Below are positions 53,901 through 63,801 of a stretch of 64,000 nt of DNA, in pieces; the first letter of the stretch is position 1; each line of letters opens with the position of its first letter. The DNA lies in sequence record MN871446.1. One strand, written 5' to 3'. The position numbers were made by a program, and so were the translations under genes. Origin of the DNA: Klebsiella phage KpLz-2_45. The notes beneath the pieces were generated by a model. It worked only from the letters and a program-made list of their open reading frames with translations, did not search any database and was not told the DNA's origin.

Positions 53901-55471
53901 ATCTGTCGGTAGTCTTCCAGCGAAACGCTTTCGTTGAACGGGGAAGGAATAACCTTGTAACTTTCGGCCAAACGAAGATGACGCTTGTACTCGGCATTGC
54001 TAATCAGCCCTTTACTCAGGAGCGATTCTGCTTGGGTTCGAATCCCTGAAACCAAAGGCGATTCCTGAACCGCTTCTTGCGGTGGGTCGATAATGACCTC
54101 TGCGTCAATGTCAGGGGCAGCAACCAGACGAACAGCGCGAGGCGGTTCAGTGGTCTCAATCTCCTCAGTGACGCTCTTAAAGGCATCAACTAACTGCGTA
54201 CGAAGACCGGGTTTCCCTTGGTTAATCTTTTCCCTGAGCGCTTTGACTGTGGTGGTTTTAACGACAGGTTCTTCTGGGTTGTTTTCTTGGGTTTCTGTTT
54301 CCGTTGTTTCCACCACAACCGTTTCTTCCGCGTCACCGGTGATCTCGAGGATTTCACTTTCCCCGGTATTCTCATCCGGGATAGTTTCTTCGATGGTGAC
54401 CTGTTCCTGCACACCGGTCAGCAATTTCAGCGCAGTGATGTGTTGTAGCATCAATCGGGAGATCTGTGCGTAAGCATCGCCTTTCGGGTTAGTTTCTGAT
54501 TTGGTCCATTGGTGAAGCAGGCCCAGATTCAGAACCGTGAATTTCCCCATTCGCATAAAGACGAAATTAATCTTGCTGTAATGTTCGACCGGGATCATGT
54601 TCAACAGCGAGTTTTCCCGTTTCTCAGCAAGCCACTGCCAGAGGTCTTGAATAAAGAGCGCATCGTCATTCTGGAAATACCCGAGACGAATACGATTCAT
54701 CTCTTCCAGTGAAACACCGGACGCCGCAATGAAACTGTCGTCGCTTTCAAAGCCCAGCGCTGACTCATCAAATGCCTCTCGCGCCACGTCAGCCGGTAAC
54801 TCACTCGATAACCCTGGCATATGGAGATCGAAGACATCTGCGTACGAGAGGGCAACGGGACGTGCTCGGAGCTGATTCTGATACGCATTGAGGATAGGGA
54901 TACCCGCATCCTCAACTGAAATGTTTAACTGCATCTTCGTTGGGAGTTCATCCGGGACATTGACCAGAATAAACTGATGGCGGTCAGAATGTTCAGCGTA
55001 GAACTTAGCCTGTCCGTATAACGTAGCGAGCAGGTTTTGGAAACGCCAGAATCGGGCCATCGGTAACGGCAGGTAACGCCACTGCATGGGGATGAGCGAG
55101 TAGTTGGCGACAATCGCAGCGTTACGGTCGTCTAATGCTCTGGCGATATCGGTAACCCGACGGAAACCACGGCGCTTTTGCAACCACGTCCGTTTTAGGT
55201 TAGCAACATTGAACGCTCCTTTCCGACGAGGACTGCCGTTAAAGAGTGTCATTTCCGTAATGTTATCGGCGTAGGGACGTAGTCTTTCTTTTTGGATTGC
55301 GAAGAACGTCTCGTCAGGACCTAAGTCAGTGGCATTACTGGGAAGATAATGGACGATGCTATTCTTAGGGAGAATAAAGTTCTCGACATTGAACGCTCTT
55401 GGGTTAGCCAGTCGCGTTTTATTACGTGTCCCGTAGGACATGTAAAATTGCTGGTATTGAATATTACTCAT
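50984..55471 (-). CDS. multisubunit-type RNA polymerase beta-like subunit
   Basis: 1495 aa. The C-terminal third carries ...NNNTFEDASLISERL... (the beta GYNFED(A/S)I region) and ...GMGDGDKLVVGNQKKSVVSGVY... (the beta GDKxxxRHGNKGV region) in the correct order. Confidence 0.65.
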   Translation of the reverse strand: MSNIQYQQFYMSYGTRNKTRLANPRAFNVENFILPKNSIVHYLPSNATDLGPDETFFAIQKERLRPYADNITEMTLFNGSPRRKGAFNVANLKRTWLQKRRGFRRVTDIARALDDRNAAIVANYSLIPMQWRYLPLPMARFWRFQNLLATLYGQAKFYAEHSDRHQFILVNVPDELPTKMQLNISVEDAGIPILNAYQNQLRARPVALSYADVFDLHMPGLSSELPADVAREAFDESALGFESDDSFIAASGVSLEEMNRIRLGYFQNDDALFIQDLWQWLAEKRENSLLNMIPVEHYSKINFVFMRMGKFTVLNLGLLHQWTKSETNPKGDAYAQISRLMLQHITALKLLTGVQEQVTIEETIPDENTGESEILEITGDAEETVVVETTETETQENNPEEPVVKTTTVKALREKINQGKPGLRTQLVDAFKSVTEEIETTEPPRAVRLVAAPDIDAEVIIDPPQEAVQESPLVSGIRTQAESLLSKGLISNAEYKRHLRLAESYKVIPSPFNESVSLEDYRQIPKEVVWNFEPKVIEDITHVKDKSMLKSTLIDFDQKYVKEVMQKDVINLILNFQKAGFAITDFKVERQVDALNDLYDYTVKISPVKGAPSTVRFQLPVIDKNGKYKIGGIKYFMRKLRFDKPIRKISPSTVALSTYYGKLFVDRSDKRRYDYGEWLKDAMNRAALTNPPIMTEIVYGNSFKDSQPVPRTYSAIAKEVISFEAVGIQFIFDYENIKKNFPDWNGTTDIPVGKRGKTTVTMDKEGYLRAGADNLGHIAKLLGANPDDRPNELVTISILGQEFPLAIVLAYLEGFSQMVEGLEIQPERRTKGARVQPDPNTFEIVFADEIWRIPRKTHPDVLIYASLLLWKAALKNYSVAELDNRDNYNALLSDMQLSGRYLYEFTNLNAIFIDPIAEENLEMMNEPTTFIPLLKKAAFYLATDEYPSDLSSEGSLFKGYERMAGAVYRTFSEAVRRQSSSNLSSRASLDFPPFEVLSAIQKDPSVSLVEDSNPIQNLKEKENLTYSGTGGRGKRSMTRRTRAFHPSDIGIRSESSVDNGDVGINCFLSANPNLTSLRGTARTEKDLSKEKGFSNILSTSALVSPFATYDDPKRVNFIGIQSSHKISSVGDDLGYIRTGYELMMAHRNDDLFAASAKGQGVVTEKGKNYVVVKYDDPALGEDRIEIGRKFGIVTGHTVPHEMRCDLEVGASVKKDTIIAYHPGFFAKDWREPGQVAFKNGITTNIALMENNNTFEDASLISERLSKKMATLVTHTRVLMVNFNQAIRNLVSEGQHVDIDDTLAFIEDEISANFDYFDASSMETLARLGNPAPRAKHVGTVEKIEVFYFGEKEDMSDSVRKVADKYDAIRAKNVKVLKQETSPTGQVFTPSRIDGLPLEIDMMAIRIYITHQRGMGDGDKLVVGNQKKSVVSGVYNGICRTRNPVLPGGEPWDIDLQFSYRAINARIVNSALLLGMGNVLIENIQQEMLKAYDNEQ

Positions 55472-55486
55472 TGCAGAGAAACTCCT

Positions 55487-57118
55487 TTAAGCTTCACCAG
55501 TAATGTTACGTAAGACTAATTGTACGTTATCAACATCCGCGCTCTTAGAGAGAGTACCGCGGGAAGAGAGGAACCATTCTTTACGACCTTTTAGCATTTC
55601 GTATTCAGCAATAGAATCCGAGGCATAGATCGCTGTAAAGGTACAACGGTCGCCATCGAAGTCGGCACCCAATGGAGAGAGATAGCTGACGCCTATCCCC
55701 ATAGAGTTAACGTACTCTACCGATTTGCTTTGATCAGGGAATTCGAAACAAATGAAATCGTCACCCAGTCTCCGCCAGTCGTGGCCGAGTTCAGCTTTTA
55801 CGCTAGAAACAATAGTCGGTTTGCAGTAAATGTTTGCTATGAAAGTCGACCCTTGTCCTGTAACAGGGTAACGAGTCACTACGCCTGCTAACTTACCCCA
55901 TTCACGATACCCGGACAGGTAATAAAGCGAGGTCATGTTAATCGGGCTAACAAACCGCTTATCAAAACCCGCTGGGAGTTCGTTGATATCAGCGAAGAAC
56001 CGGAACCCTTCTTCACCCCAATAGAGCAGTCCTAAGTAATAACCGTCTATTAAAATTGGTTTATTTCTGAAAGCCGGGGTTTTATAGCGGGTGATCTGGG
56101 CATCTAAACCGTCACGGGTTGTCCAACGTTCAACGGCCTCCGGGGAGGGCTGTACGTATTCAGCACGGAGAGTTTTGGGGTTCGTCAAACGGATTTCATC
56201 TTCGCTGTTACCCGAGAAAACTTCACCTAGCCAACCTGAGCGTAAGAAATAGCGTGTCTTAGGCAGGACCGCTTTGATGGTCTGGTAGAGCCCTAACTGA
56301 ACGTGGTTGATCCCTGGCGTATTCGTTTCACCGATCCGAGTCCCTGTGATCTTCATTGGCGAAATAACGTTTGCTGTACCGTTAATGATTTTACGTGACG
56401 CCCATTTCGCAGCCGCAAAACCTTTCTTTCCTTTAATCATGTTAAAGATACTTTCGAATATCTCGTTGAACTGTCGTTGTAATTGTAAACGACTGTTATT
56501 GATTAAAGGGTCTTCAGAAGGCTCACGACCCATCTCCAGACTGTTGGAGATTGAGATGATAGAACGATAGAATTTGTTGATTTCGTCTTCACTCGTACGC
56601 CCTGAGGTTTCTACCATCAGATCACGCAGACCTGCCGGCATGACCAGGACTTTATCAGTCAGCGCTTTGTCTTTATTTTTGTTGATGAGCTTCACGCGGA
56701 GATTACGGAGTTCGGAATCGCCTTCTTCTAATTTCAAATCGGGGAAATGACGTACAAAAAAGGAGAAGCCGGTTTCGCCCTCCATTTCGTTGCTGGGTTC
56801 GAAATCGAAGGTTTCTGTGTTAAAGACGGCATAACGTCGCCCTTCCAGAATATCCAAATAAAGACGTTTTAATGAACCGAGTCGTTTATAAACGAGCGGG
56901 TGAAAAACACGGGTATGGAGTTCGATATAACTGAAACGCCCATCGCGTTCAGGTGAACCTAAGGGACCGAATGTTTCTACTGAGAATAAACCGTCCTTAT
57001 GGAAATTACGGGTACCGGTTTCAAAGATCTCGGTCGTACTGGTCGGTCGCATACTCCGTATCAGTTGAGGGGTTAAATCCATGAGGAAGATATTGAATGG
57101 GATATCGTTAGTACGCAT
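55487..57118 (-). CDS. RNA polymerase beta-prime N-terminal-like fragment (split msRNAP subunit)
   Basis: 543 aa ending ...YLSPLGADFDGDRCTFTAIYASDS.... This is the beta-prime NADFDGD catalytic Mg-binding motif, at the expected position for an N-terminal beta-prime piece. Confidence 0.65.
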   Translation of the reverse strand: MRTNDIPFNIFLMDLTPQLIRSMRPTSTTEIFETGTRNFHKDGLFSVETFGPLGSPERDGRFSYIELHTRVFHPLVYKRLGSLKRLYLDILEGRRYAVFNTETFDFEPSNEMEGETGFSFFVRHFPDLKLEEGDSELRNLRVKLINKNKDKALTDKVLVMPAGLRDLMVETSGRTSEDEINKFYRSIISISNSLEMGREPSEDPLINNSRLQLQRQFNEIFESIFNMIKGKKGFAAAKWASRKIINGTANVISPMKITGTRIGETNTPGINHVQLGLYQTIKAVLPKTRYFLRSGWLGEVFSGNSEDEIRLTNPKTLRAEYVQPSPEAVERWTTRDGLDAQITRYKTPAFRNKPILIDGYYLGLLYWGEEGFRFFADINELPAGFDKRFVSPINMTSLYYLSGYREWGKLAGVVTRYPVTGQGSTFIANIYCKPTIVSSVKAELGHDWRRLGDDFICFEFPDQSKSVEYVNSMGIGVSYLSPLGADFDGDRCTFTAIYASDSIAEYEMLKGRKEWFLSSRGTLSKSADVDNVQLVLRNITGEA

Positions 57119-57162
57119 TGTCTAATCCTGTTAACAGACGATTAACCTTTTAAGGGAACAAA

Positions 57163-60100
57163 ATGGCCAAAAGAGAAAAAATAGATCTGGATCGTTTTGA
57201 CGATTTTGATCTCGAAGATAATTGGGGCATGGACAAAGAACCTCAAAGTGCGAAAGACGGAAGCGGTAAACGCGAGGCTGTAAAAAAGGCAGGAAAGACC
57301 GTTCTCCGTGAGATGGGGAAAACGACCTTTACCAGTCAGATGGCGAAAACCATCCTGAAAGAGGCCATGCCGCGTTCTTTCACTACAACCTTAGATAACG
57401 TTGATAAAGGTTTAATCGACGTTCGATCGCTTTACGCTGACGTCCGTAAAGATGCCGCCCCGATGCTGCGAGAAATGAAAGCGTTGGGTCGTACCGTCAA
57501 CCGTCTTGTTCCTACACCGTATCAGAAAAAGATCGATGCGTTTCTGACGAGAAACAACGGGACAGATAAATCAGGTTCTCAACTGGCAGCGCTCAATATT
57601 GAAGACGCAGCGGTACTCCAGTCGTTAGCTCAAGTCTTCAATCAAGACGATGACAAACCGAAGCAGATGAGCCCTGAGGAACTGACTGAGAAACTGACCG
57701 ATCAGCAGTATAAAATAAAACTGGGTACGGCCATTGCGAGTATCCAGAATCTCCTGGCGAAGCAGACCGCTTATCAGTTTGGTGCACAGCGTGCATTTCA
57801 AAAGAAAAGTATGGAGCTTCAAATTCGACAGCTGATGGTTTCGCGTGCCCATTTAGACGTGGCACAGAAGTCTGCGGTTGAAACCTCCAACCTGCTCAGA
57901 AGCGTTGTCGAAAACACCGCGTTACCTGACGTAGTAAAACAGCACCGTTCGGAAGAATTCCTTCGGATGGGCCGTGAGAAAATCTTTGGTCGCATCCAAC
58001 AGTCAATGTACGACTGGACGAGTAATTATCGTAACCAGTTCAAAGACCGTGCGAAACAAGCCATTAACGACAGAATGCAAAAACTCACTATGGGTTTTTC
58101 AATGGCCAACGATTCTCTCGAACAGCTCGAGGCGCAACGGGAATTACTGGCGTCAATGGGTGTCACCCCGGAGGAGTTTTTAGCAGGGGCAGCAGGGAAC
58201 TGGGGTGCGTTACAAATCGGTAAACGTATCGGAAAACGCATTAATAAAAGTGCGCCTTCGCTACGTCGATTGGACGGTACATTCCAGGGCGTCAACTACC
58301 TCTTTAACAACAAAGAACGTTTAGCGTCAGATTGGGGAAATTCCGGTTACCGTTACGGGAAATGGTATAATCCCATCGAGAACTTTGTTAAAGACACCTT
58401 ACGTGGCGGTTACCGTGACGAAGGCGTAGTTCGCGCCGGAGGATTGGGGAACGGAGAAAAAATCTCGACTGTAGACGAGCGTAAACTCAGCTATATGGAA
58501 GAGATGTCCGGGTACCTGTCCCGAATCTTACATAGTATCGACGTCCTCAGGACGGGCGATAATAACACGCAGCGCACGGTTTTCAACCGTCAGAAGGGCA
58601 TTTTTACCTCCTTTAATGAATCGGTGGCGTCGACGCGTCAGGCGTTGATTAAAGACACCGATATCAATTCACAGCGTGAGAATATTAATCGTCTTATCGA
58701 GAACATCGATAACAACAACCGGTTATCTCCCGACGCTAAAGGTAAAATTTCTGATCACCTGATGACAAGGGCAAGAACCTCGAAAGCCTTTAACCCGGCA
58801 GCCCTAGCTAATGAGAAAATCTCAGGGTTATCCCGTGACGACCAACGCCTTTGGCAAGGACTGATGGCGAAACGTTATGGACTGAAACTGAACGAGAAAA
58901 GTGAATGGTCGCTTAACCCGTTCTCTTCTTCAAACGTTAACCTTAATATCGATGCCGGTCAGTATAACTACGCCTCTAACCAAACGCAGGGTATCTTTAA
59001 TCGTGCCCATGCGTTAGCGCAAACCGGTAACCTTGAAGAACTGATCTCAGAAGGCGCAGTGGTCTTTAAGAACGGTAATTGGGAAGTTAACCCAGACTAT
59101 TACGGTTCACGCGTATCTGGTAAACCTTCACCGGGTAACAACGACTCGACTAACCCTAACGACATGGGTCCACATCGTCCTCGTAACCCACCGCCGGGTA
59201 CCCCGCCTATCACTGAACTCCGTCGCTTCGGACAAGATTGGACCAACCCGAATTCGGTTAACTTTAATCTTAACGGGAACCAACAAAATTCTTTCGGGAC
59301 GGCGTTAGCGGAACAAACCGATAGAATCCTTGAGTCCATGAAACACTCTCAGTTGTTCTGGGATGAGCAAATGGCCAGAATAGAGGCACAGCTTACCGCG
59401 CTGGAAGGGTGCTGTCTCAACGGAGGAGGTGGCGGTGGTCAAGGTGGCCAAGGCGGTGATACTGGCGATCAAGGCGGGCGTCGTCGTTTCTCACGGAACT
59501 GGGCTAAACGCGGGCTCCGTGCGGGTATCGGCGGTATTCGTCGTGGTGTGAAAGGGATGTGGGATCTTGGCGGTTTACCGCTTAAAGCAGCAGGAGAGAT
59601 CTTTAAGCGAGTACGTCGCCCGGCTTTCAATGCAGCGATGACGATCGGTACCTTTGGCCTGAATAAAGTCTTAGGTTTCGGGATGCAGGCGTTTGAGAAA
59701 GTTCAAGACGGCTATATCGCGACGGCACAGGGTTTAAAGAAAGTCATTGAAAAAGAAGGACTGGCAGCGGGTCGTTACGTTGACCAAGCCACCGGGAAGG
59801 TTATCAAGAAACTTTCTGACGTACGGGGCGCAGTCTGGGACGTGGTAAATAACACTCAGGTCCTGACCGACGACGAAGCGAGACGGGGTTTGTTTAACGC
59901 CGCAGGAAACCGCATTAAGACATCCTTTAACAAAGTACTCGGTGCGGTGGGGAGTCTATTAAACGGAAGGTTTACCCCTTATCATTTACTCAAAGGTGCT
60001 GCAGGCGGATTAGGGAAAGGTCTCTTTTCCTTATTCGGTCGCTTACCAGATATTTACGTGCTCGGAGAAATGAAACCGCGTCTCTACGCCAGTAAGTTGG

Positions 60101-63100
60101 CGAATGGGGAATATTTCTCGATGCGTACTGGGAAAGTCATCAAGAAACTTTCCGATATTGACGGTGACGTCGGGGTGATTGACCCTCGCACCAGAACCAT
60201 GACACCTGTACTTTCTGCTGAGGATGCTGCTAAAGGATTGGTTGATAAGAATGGCCGTAGCGTTCGTACTGGACTGGCTAAACTTACGGGGATGATCGGC
60301 AACGGTCTCCGCGGGGTGGGCGGTTTACTTACAACCCCGTTTAAGATTTTAAATGGACTGAAAAACGGTGCGATTAATTTAGCTTCTAACGGTTTGAGTG
60401 CAGTAGGCGGTGTTTTAAATAGGGGCTTGAATACAGGGATAGGATTCTCTGGCGGGTCGACACCGTGGCTAAAACGTATCTATCGACTCTTAGTTAATCA
60501 GTTCACCGGGAAAGATCCACTTGACGGCCTCGATACCGAAACAGGTAGTGTTTCGGGTATCAAGAATCGCTTAACGGGCGGGTTCGAGAAACTCAAGAAT
60601 CGTACCGGAAGTTGGTGGCAGCGTCTTCAGAAAAAGAAACCGGAAGAGACCAAACCTGAACACGCTGAGAAAGCGGCGAAGGAAGGGGGTGGTTGGGGTA
60701 AACTGATCTGGGCCGCTATCACGGGAGTTGGTGCCATTGTCGGGAAAATTGCAACCGGATTCGGGAATTTCTGGAAATGGATCAAAGAACTTCCTCGCTG
60801 GATAAGCGGTGCGAAAGCGTTAGATGCTGCTGGGGATTTGGCAGGGGATGTAGCAGGCTCAGGAGGTAGGAGAGGCGGTCTGCTACGTAGAACCGGTAAC
60901 GTACTGAAGAAAGTCGGGAAAGGGGCGCTAGGGGTTGCGGGCTTCTTAGGAAGAGGGTTATTTAGCGGAGTCGGAATGTTAGCAAGGGGCGCCGCGGTAG
61001 CGGCAGGGTCATTGCTCTCTGCGCCTGTTCTGGTCACAGCGGCGGTAGCTGCGGGTGTAGGTTATCTGATTTATAAAGGATACCAAGCCTACAAGAACAG
61101 AATGACATCGCTGAGAAACTACCGTGCAGCACAGTACGGCGTCAACCCGAAAGACAGTGACCGGGCGGGTAAAGTACTTGCATTAGAAGAAGCGGTTCTG
61201 AAAAACAGTCAGATCTCAGGGCAAGGGAAACTCAAGATTGGTTCGTTACCTTTCCAAGAGTTACTGAGTGCCTTTGATGTTGAGATCACTGACCAGCGTA
61301 GTGTACAGCGTTGGACACGATGGTATCAGATGCGTTTCGTTCCAGTCTTTACCCGTAACGTTGAAACACTTTATCGGATGGACCCTAAAGCTAAAATCAC
61401 CGAGAGTGAATTCCTGAAACCGAGTCAACGAGGGGACTTCGCTAAAGCCACTTTCATTGCATCCGGCGGAAAAGAATCTCCTTATCTGGTCTCTGACTCG
61501 CCATTCCCTAATATGTCTTCAGTAACAGGTGATCGGTTTGTTGCCGGTTTCCGTGACCAGGTCATTGCTGAGTTTGCGGAAGCAGAGAAAAAGGCGATCG
61601 CCTCGGGCGAGAAGAAACTGGTCACTGCTTCAGACGTGAAGCAACCGAAGGGAATCGAATTACTGAACAAAAAGGCACAGGAAGCACAAGCCAATAATGC
61701 TAACCGGACAGTAAATCCAACAACCGATCTCTACTATTCACCGGGCGATACCCGGAAAGGGCTAACTTCCCTGACCGGCGATAAGCGCAAGGATGAATTG
61801 ATCGAGATGGGGAACCGCATTGATGACCTGACCTCGATACGTGTTAAACTTTACGGTTTACGCGAGCTGTTGAAAGGGGACGTTAACGCCTTACTCGCAT
61901 TAGAGACTGAGGCGTTGAAATTCATTCGATACGGTGATAAAGGAGTAGCCCTCTGGACAGGGAACAGCGAACAGTTCTTCGCTAACTGGAACGGTCAATT
62001 CGGTATTAACAGTAATAACGCCAATGAAAAGGCACAGTGGCTATTCTGGTTCACGAAACGTTTCCTACCTGTCTTCTTGAACTTCTGTTCTGAAAGCAAT
62101 TTCATCGCGCCTAATAGTTCGCCGATGGTCGCATGGAAGAAACTGAACGCGAGCGATCTCCTGAAGATTGCAAACTTCATGAACAGCGCGACGACCGAGG
62201 TCAATGGCGGGAAAGTCTCAGTCTGGACCATTAAAGCGTCACCGTGGCCTAACCGCTTCTCAAACACGGACAGTAGTGTTATTCAGTCTAACCTGGATGC
62301 ATTACGTCTCGAAGGGAAAAAGGAAGTTTACCAAGAGAAAGTGAAGACAGAAGCGGAAATCGCCAAGATGACCTTTGATGGTAAAGCGCTTCGTAACTCG
62401 TCACTGGGTAACAAGATTGCTGACCTTTATAGCGATAACCGTGCGTTAACCGCCGATACGCGAGGACGCGCTACTGGCGCTAACGGTGTCGGTGTTTACG
62501 GTCAACGTGTGGGTTCAATGGGAACCTCCTTTGAACGTTCGGAAGCGGGTAGCAGTTTCACGGATACCAACTTACTGCATTCCGGTGAAGGTACCGGCGG
62601 GTCGATTAATGATATCCCTGATCCGAAAGGAGACGGTTGGGATAACGTGAAAGATTCGATTGCAGCAGTGGCTAAGATGGTCGGCGTTGATGCCGGTTCA
62701 TTGGCGGCAATGGTGGCGCAGGAATCTCGCTTTGAGATTCGGGCGAAGAACGGTAACTCTTCGGCAGCAGGACTCGGTCAGTTCCTTGATGGAACCTGGA
62801 AAGAGATTCTCCCTACTCTTGTTAAGAAATATGGTGTGAACCCGAATACGTCTCAGTATGACCCACGTGCGTCGTTATTGGCCACGGCGGAATACATGAA
62901 ACAGAACGCGAAGATCATCGGTGACATTGGTAGACCATTGACGACCACTGATATCTATATGGCGCACTTCTTAGGGCCAGGGGGTGCAAGGAACGTACTG
63001 CGTGTACCGACCAACACACCGATTCAATCGGCGATGGGTGATAGGTATGCTGCAGTCGCGAGAGCGAACCCTGAGATCTTTAAGAACGTCAGGACGACGG

Positions 63101-63756
63101 GCGACCTTGTAGCGAGTCTTGGTGGTTATCTCTCCAGAAACGGTGGGCAATACGCGCAGCTGGCGAACGGGATGACAGGGAAGGCTGGACCAGCCGTTCC
63201 GGGTGGGGGAAGTGATGCGGTCAGTACCAGTGCCCCGAAAGAGACAGAGACAACTCCGCCTGTTGCACCATCGACGGGATCAAACACTATCGTCAGCAAT
63301 CCGGCGAAAGGTGAGATGCCTGTCGGTAGTACGACAAGTACGTCTGTCACGACAAGGGGGACCGATACGGTCACACCGGCAACGACCCGAACCACGGATA
63401 GCCGTGACGCTAAAGCATTGGCTCAGCAGGCAGTACAGCGCGAGAACACTGCGGAAGCTAATCGCATTGCTGTGGCAGCATCCAGAAAACAATCAGCTGA
63501 AACGGCGAGTACGACAAGTACATGGGCCGACACGTTGAATGAACAGCTTGAGACGCAGAAATCTATGGACAGTACGTTGAAGTTGATCAAAGGTCTTCTG
63601 GAGAAAGGGGTGCCGGTAACCGGTGGGGAAAATAATTCTTCCCCTAAGACCAATCCTAACAGCAGCGAATTAAGAGGGAAAGATATCAGTACGGGGAGTC
63701 GAGGGAAACAACCTTTTGAACCGTTCGATACGAGTATCTCGCAGAACTTTCGTTAA
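57163..63756 (+). CDS. giant virion-associated protein (2197 aa) with a C-terminal lytic transglycosylase (SLT) domain
   Basis: Residues around 1830-1950 read VGVDAGSLAAMVAQESRFEIRAKNGNSSAAGLGQFLDGTWKEIL...YDPRASLLATAEYMKQNA...TDIYMAHFLGPGGA. This covers the ES-F catalytic Glu motif, the AGLGQF motif and the Y motif. Also present: a Gly-rich tract GGGGGGQGGQGGDTGDQGG, an internal duplication (TGKVIKKLSD appears twice) and a Ser/Thr-rich tail. Confidence 0.8.
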   Translation: MAKREKIDLDRFDDFDLEDNWGMDKEPQSAKDGSGKREAVKKAGKTVLREMGKTTFTSQMAKTILKEAMPRSFTTTLDNVDKGLIDVRSLYADVRKDAAPMLREMKALGRTVNRLVPTPYQKKIDAFLTRNNGTDKSGSQLAALNIEDAAVLQSLAQVFNQDDDKPKQMSPEELTEKLTDQQYKIKLGTAIASIQNLLAKQTAYQFGAQRAFQKKSMELQIRQLMVSRAHLDVAQKSAVETSNLLRSVVENTALPDVVKQHRSEEFLRMGREKIFGRIQQSMYDWTSNYRNQFKDRAKQAINDRMQKLTMGFSMANDSLEQLEAQRELLASMGVTPEEFLAGAAGNWGALQIGKRIGKRINKSAPSLRRLDGTFQGVNYLFNNKERLASDWGNSGYRYGKWYNPIENFVKDTLRGGYRDEGVVRAGGLGNGEKISTVDERKLSYMEEMSGYLSRILHSIDVLRTGDNNTQRTVFNRQKGIFTSFNESVASTRQALIKDTDINSQRENINRLIENIDNNNRLSPDAKGKISDHLMTRARTSKAFNPAALANEKISGLSRDDQRLWQGLMAKRYGLKLNEKSEWSLNPFSSSNVNLNIDAGQYNYASNQTQGIFNRAHALAQTGNLEELISEGAVVFKNGNWEVNPDYYGSRVSGKPSPGNNDSTNPNDMGPHRPRNPPPGTPPITELRRFGQDWTNPNSVNFNLNGNQQNSFGTALAEQTDRILESMKHSQLFWDEQMARIEAQLTALEGCCLNGGGGGGQGGQGGDTGDQGGRRRFSRNWAKRGLRAGIGGIRRGVKGMWDLGGLPLKAAGEIFKRVRRPAFNAAMTIGTFGLNKVLGFGMQAFEKVQDGYIATAQGLKKVIEKEGLAAGRYVDQATGKVIKKLSDVRGAVWDVVNNTQVLTDDEARRGLFNAAGNRIKTSFNKVLGAVGSLLNGRFTPYHLLKGAAGGLGKGLFSLFGRLPDIYVLGEMKPRLYASKLANGEYFSMRTGKVIKKLSDIDGDVGVIDPRTRTMTPVLSAEDAAKGLVDKNGRSVRTGLAKLTGMIGNGLRGVGGLLTTPFKILNGLKNGAINLASNGLSAVGGVLNRGLNTGIGFSGGSTPWLKRIYRLLVNQFTGKDPLDGLDTETGSVSGIKNRLTGGFEKLKNRTGSWWQRLQKKKPEETKPEHAEKAAKEGGGWGKLIWAAITGVGAIVGKIATGFGNFWKWIKELPRWISGAKALDAAGDLAGDVAGSGGRRGGLLRRTGNVLKKVGKGALGVAGFLGRGLFSGVGMLARGAAVAAGSLLSAPVLVTAAVAAGVGYLIYKGYQAYKNRMTSLRNYRAAQYGVNPKDSDRAGKVLALEEAVLKNSQISGQGKLKIGSLPFQELLSAFDVEITDQRSVQRWTRWYQMRFVPVFTRNVETLYRMDPKAKITESEFLKPSQRGDFAKATFIASGGKESPYLVSDSPFPNMSSVTGDRFVAGFRDQVIAEFAEAEKKAIASGEKKLVTASDVKQPKGIELLNKKAQEAQANNANRTVNPTTDLYYSPGDTRKGLTSLTGDKRKDELIEMGNRIDDLTSIRVKLYGLRELLKGDVNALLALETEALKFIRYGDKGVALWTGNSEQFFANWNGQFGINSNNANEKAQWLFWFTKRFLPVFLNFCSESNFIAPNSSPMVAWKKLNASDLLKIANFMNSATTEVNGGKVSVWTIKASPWPNRFSNTDSSVIQSNLDALRLEGKKEVYQEKVKTEAEIAKMTFDGKALRNSSLGNKIADLYSDNRALTADTRGRATGANGVGVYGQRVGSMGTSFERSEAGSSFTDTNLLHSGEGTGGSINDIPDPKGDGWDNVKDSIAAVAKMVGVDAGSLAAMVAQESRFEIRAKNGNSSAAGLGQFLDGTWKEILPTLVKKYGVNPNTSQYDPRASLLATAEYMKQNAKIIGDIGRPLTTTDIYMAHFLGPGGARNVLRVPTNTPIQSAMGDRYAAVARANPEIFKNVRTTGDLVASLGGYLSRNGGQYAQLANGMTGKAGPAVPGGGSDAVSTSAPKETETTPPVAPSTGSNTIVSNPAKGEMPVGSTTSTSVTTRGTDTVTPATTRTTDSRDAKALAQQAVQRENTAEANRIAVAASRKQSAETASTTSTWADTLNEQLETQKSMDSTLKLIKGLLEKGVPVTGGENNSSPKTNPNSSELRGKDISTGSRGKQPFEPFDTSISQNFR

Positions 63757-63762
63757 CTAAAT

Positions 63763-63790
63763 TGGGGAGAGAAATCTCCCCTTATTTTTA
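63763..63790 (+). terminator. terminator GGGGAGA-GAAA-TCTCCCC plus TTATTTTTA
   Basis: 7-bp stem with a GNRA loop, 7 nt after the giant gene's stop and followed by a T-run. Confidence 0.65.
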
Positions 63791-63801
63791 AAGGAACAGA
63801 A

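Noticed and set aside
54190-54414. Lys/Arg-rich 74-aa ORF (KKRLWWKQRKQKPKK...)
   Set aside because: It is the antisense reading of the acidic Glu/Thr-rich linker of the RNAP beta-like gene. The charge complementarity is a mirror artefact.
50984-57118. Interpretation of the large ORFs as a single-subunit N4-like virion RNAP
   Set aside because: The presence of beta-type (NFEDA, GDK) and beta-prime-type (ADFDGD) motifs in separate ORFs points to a split multisubunit-type polymerase instead.
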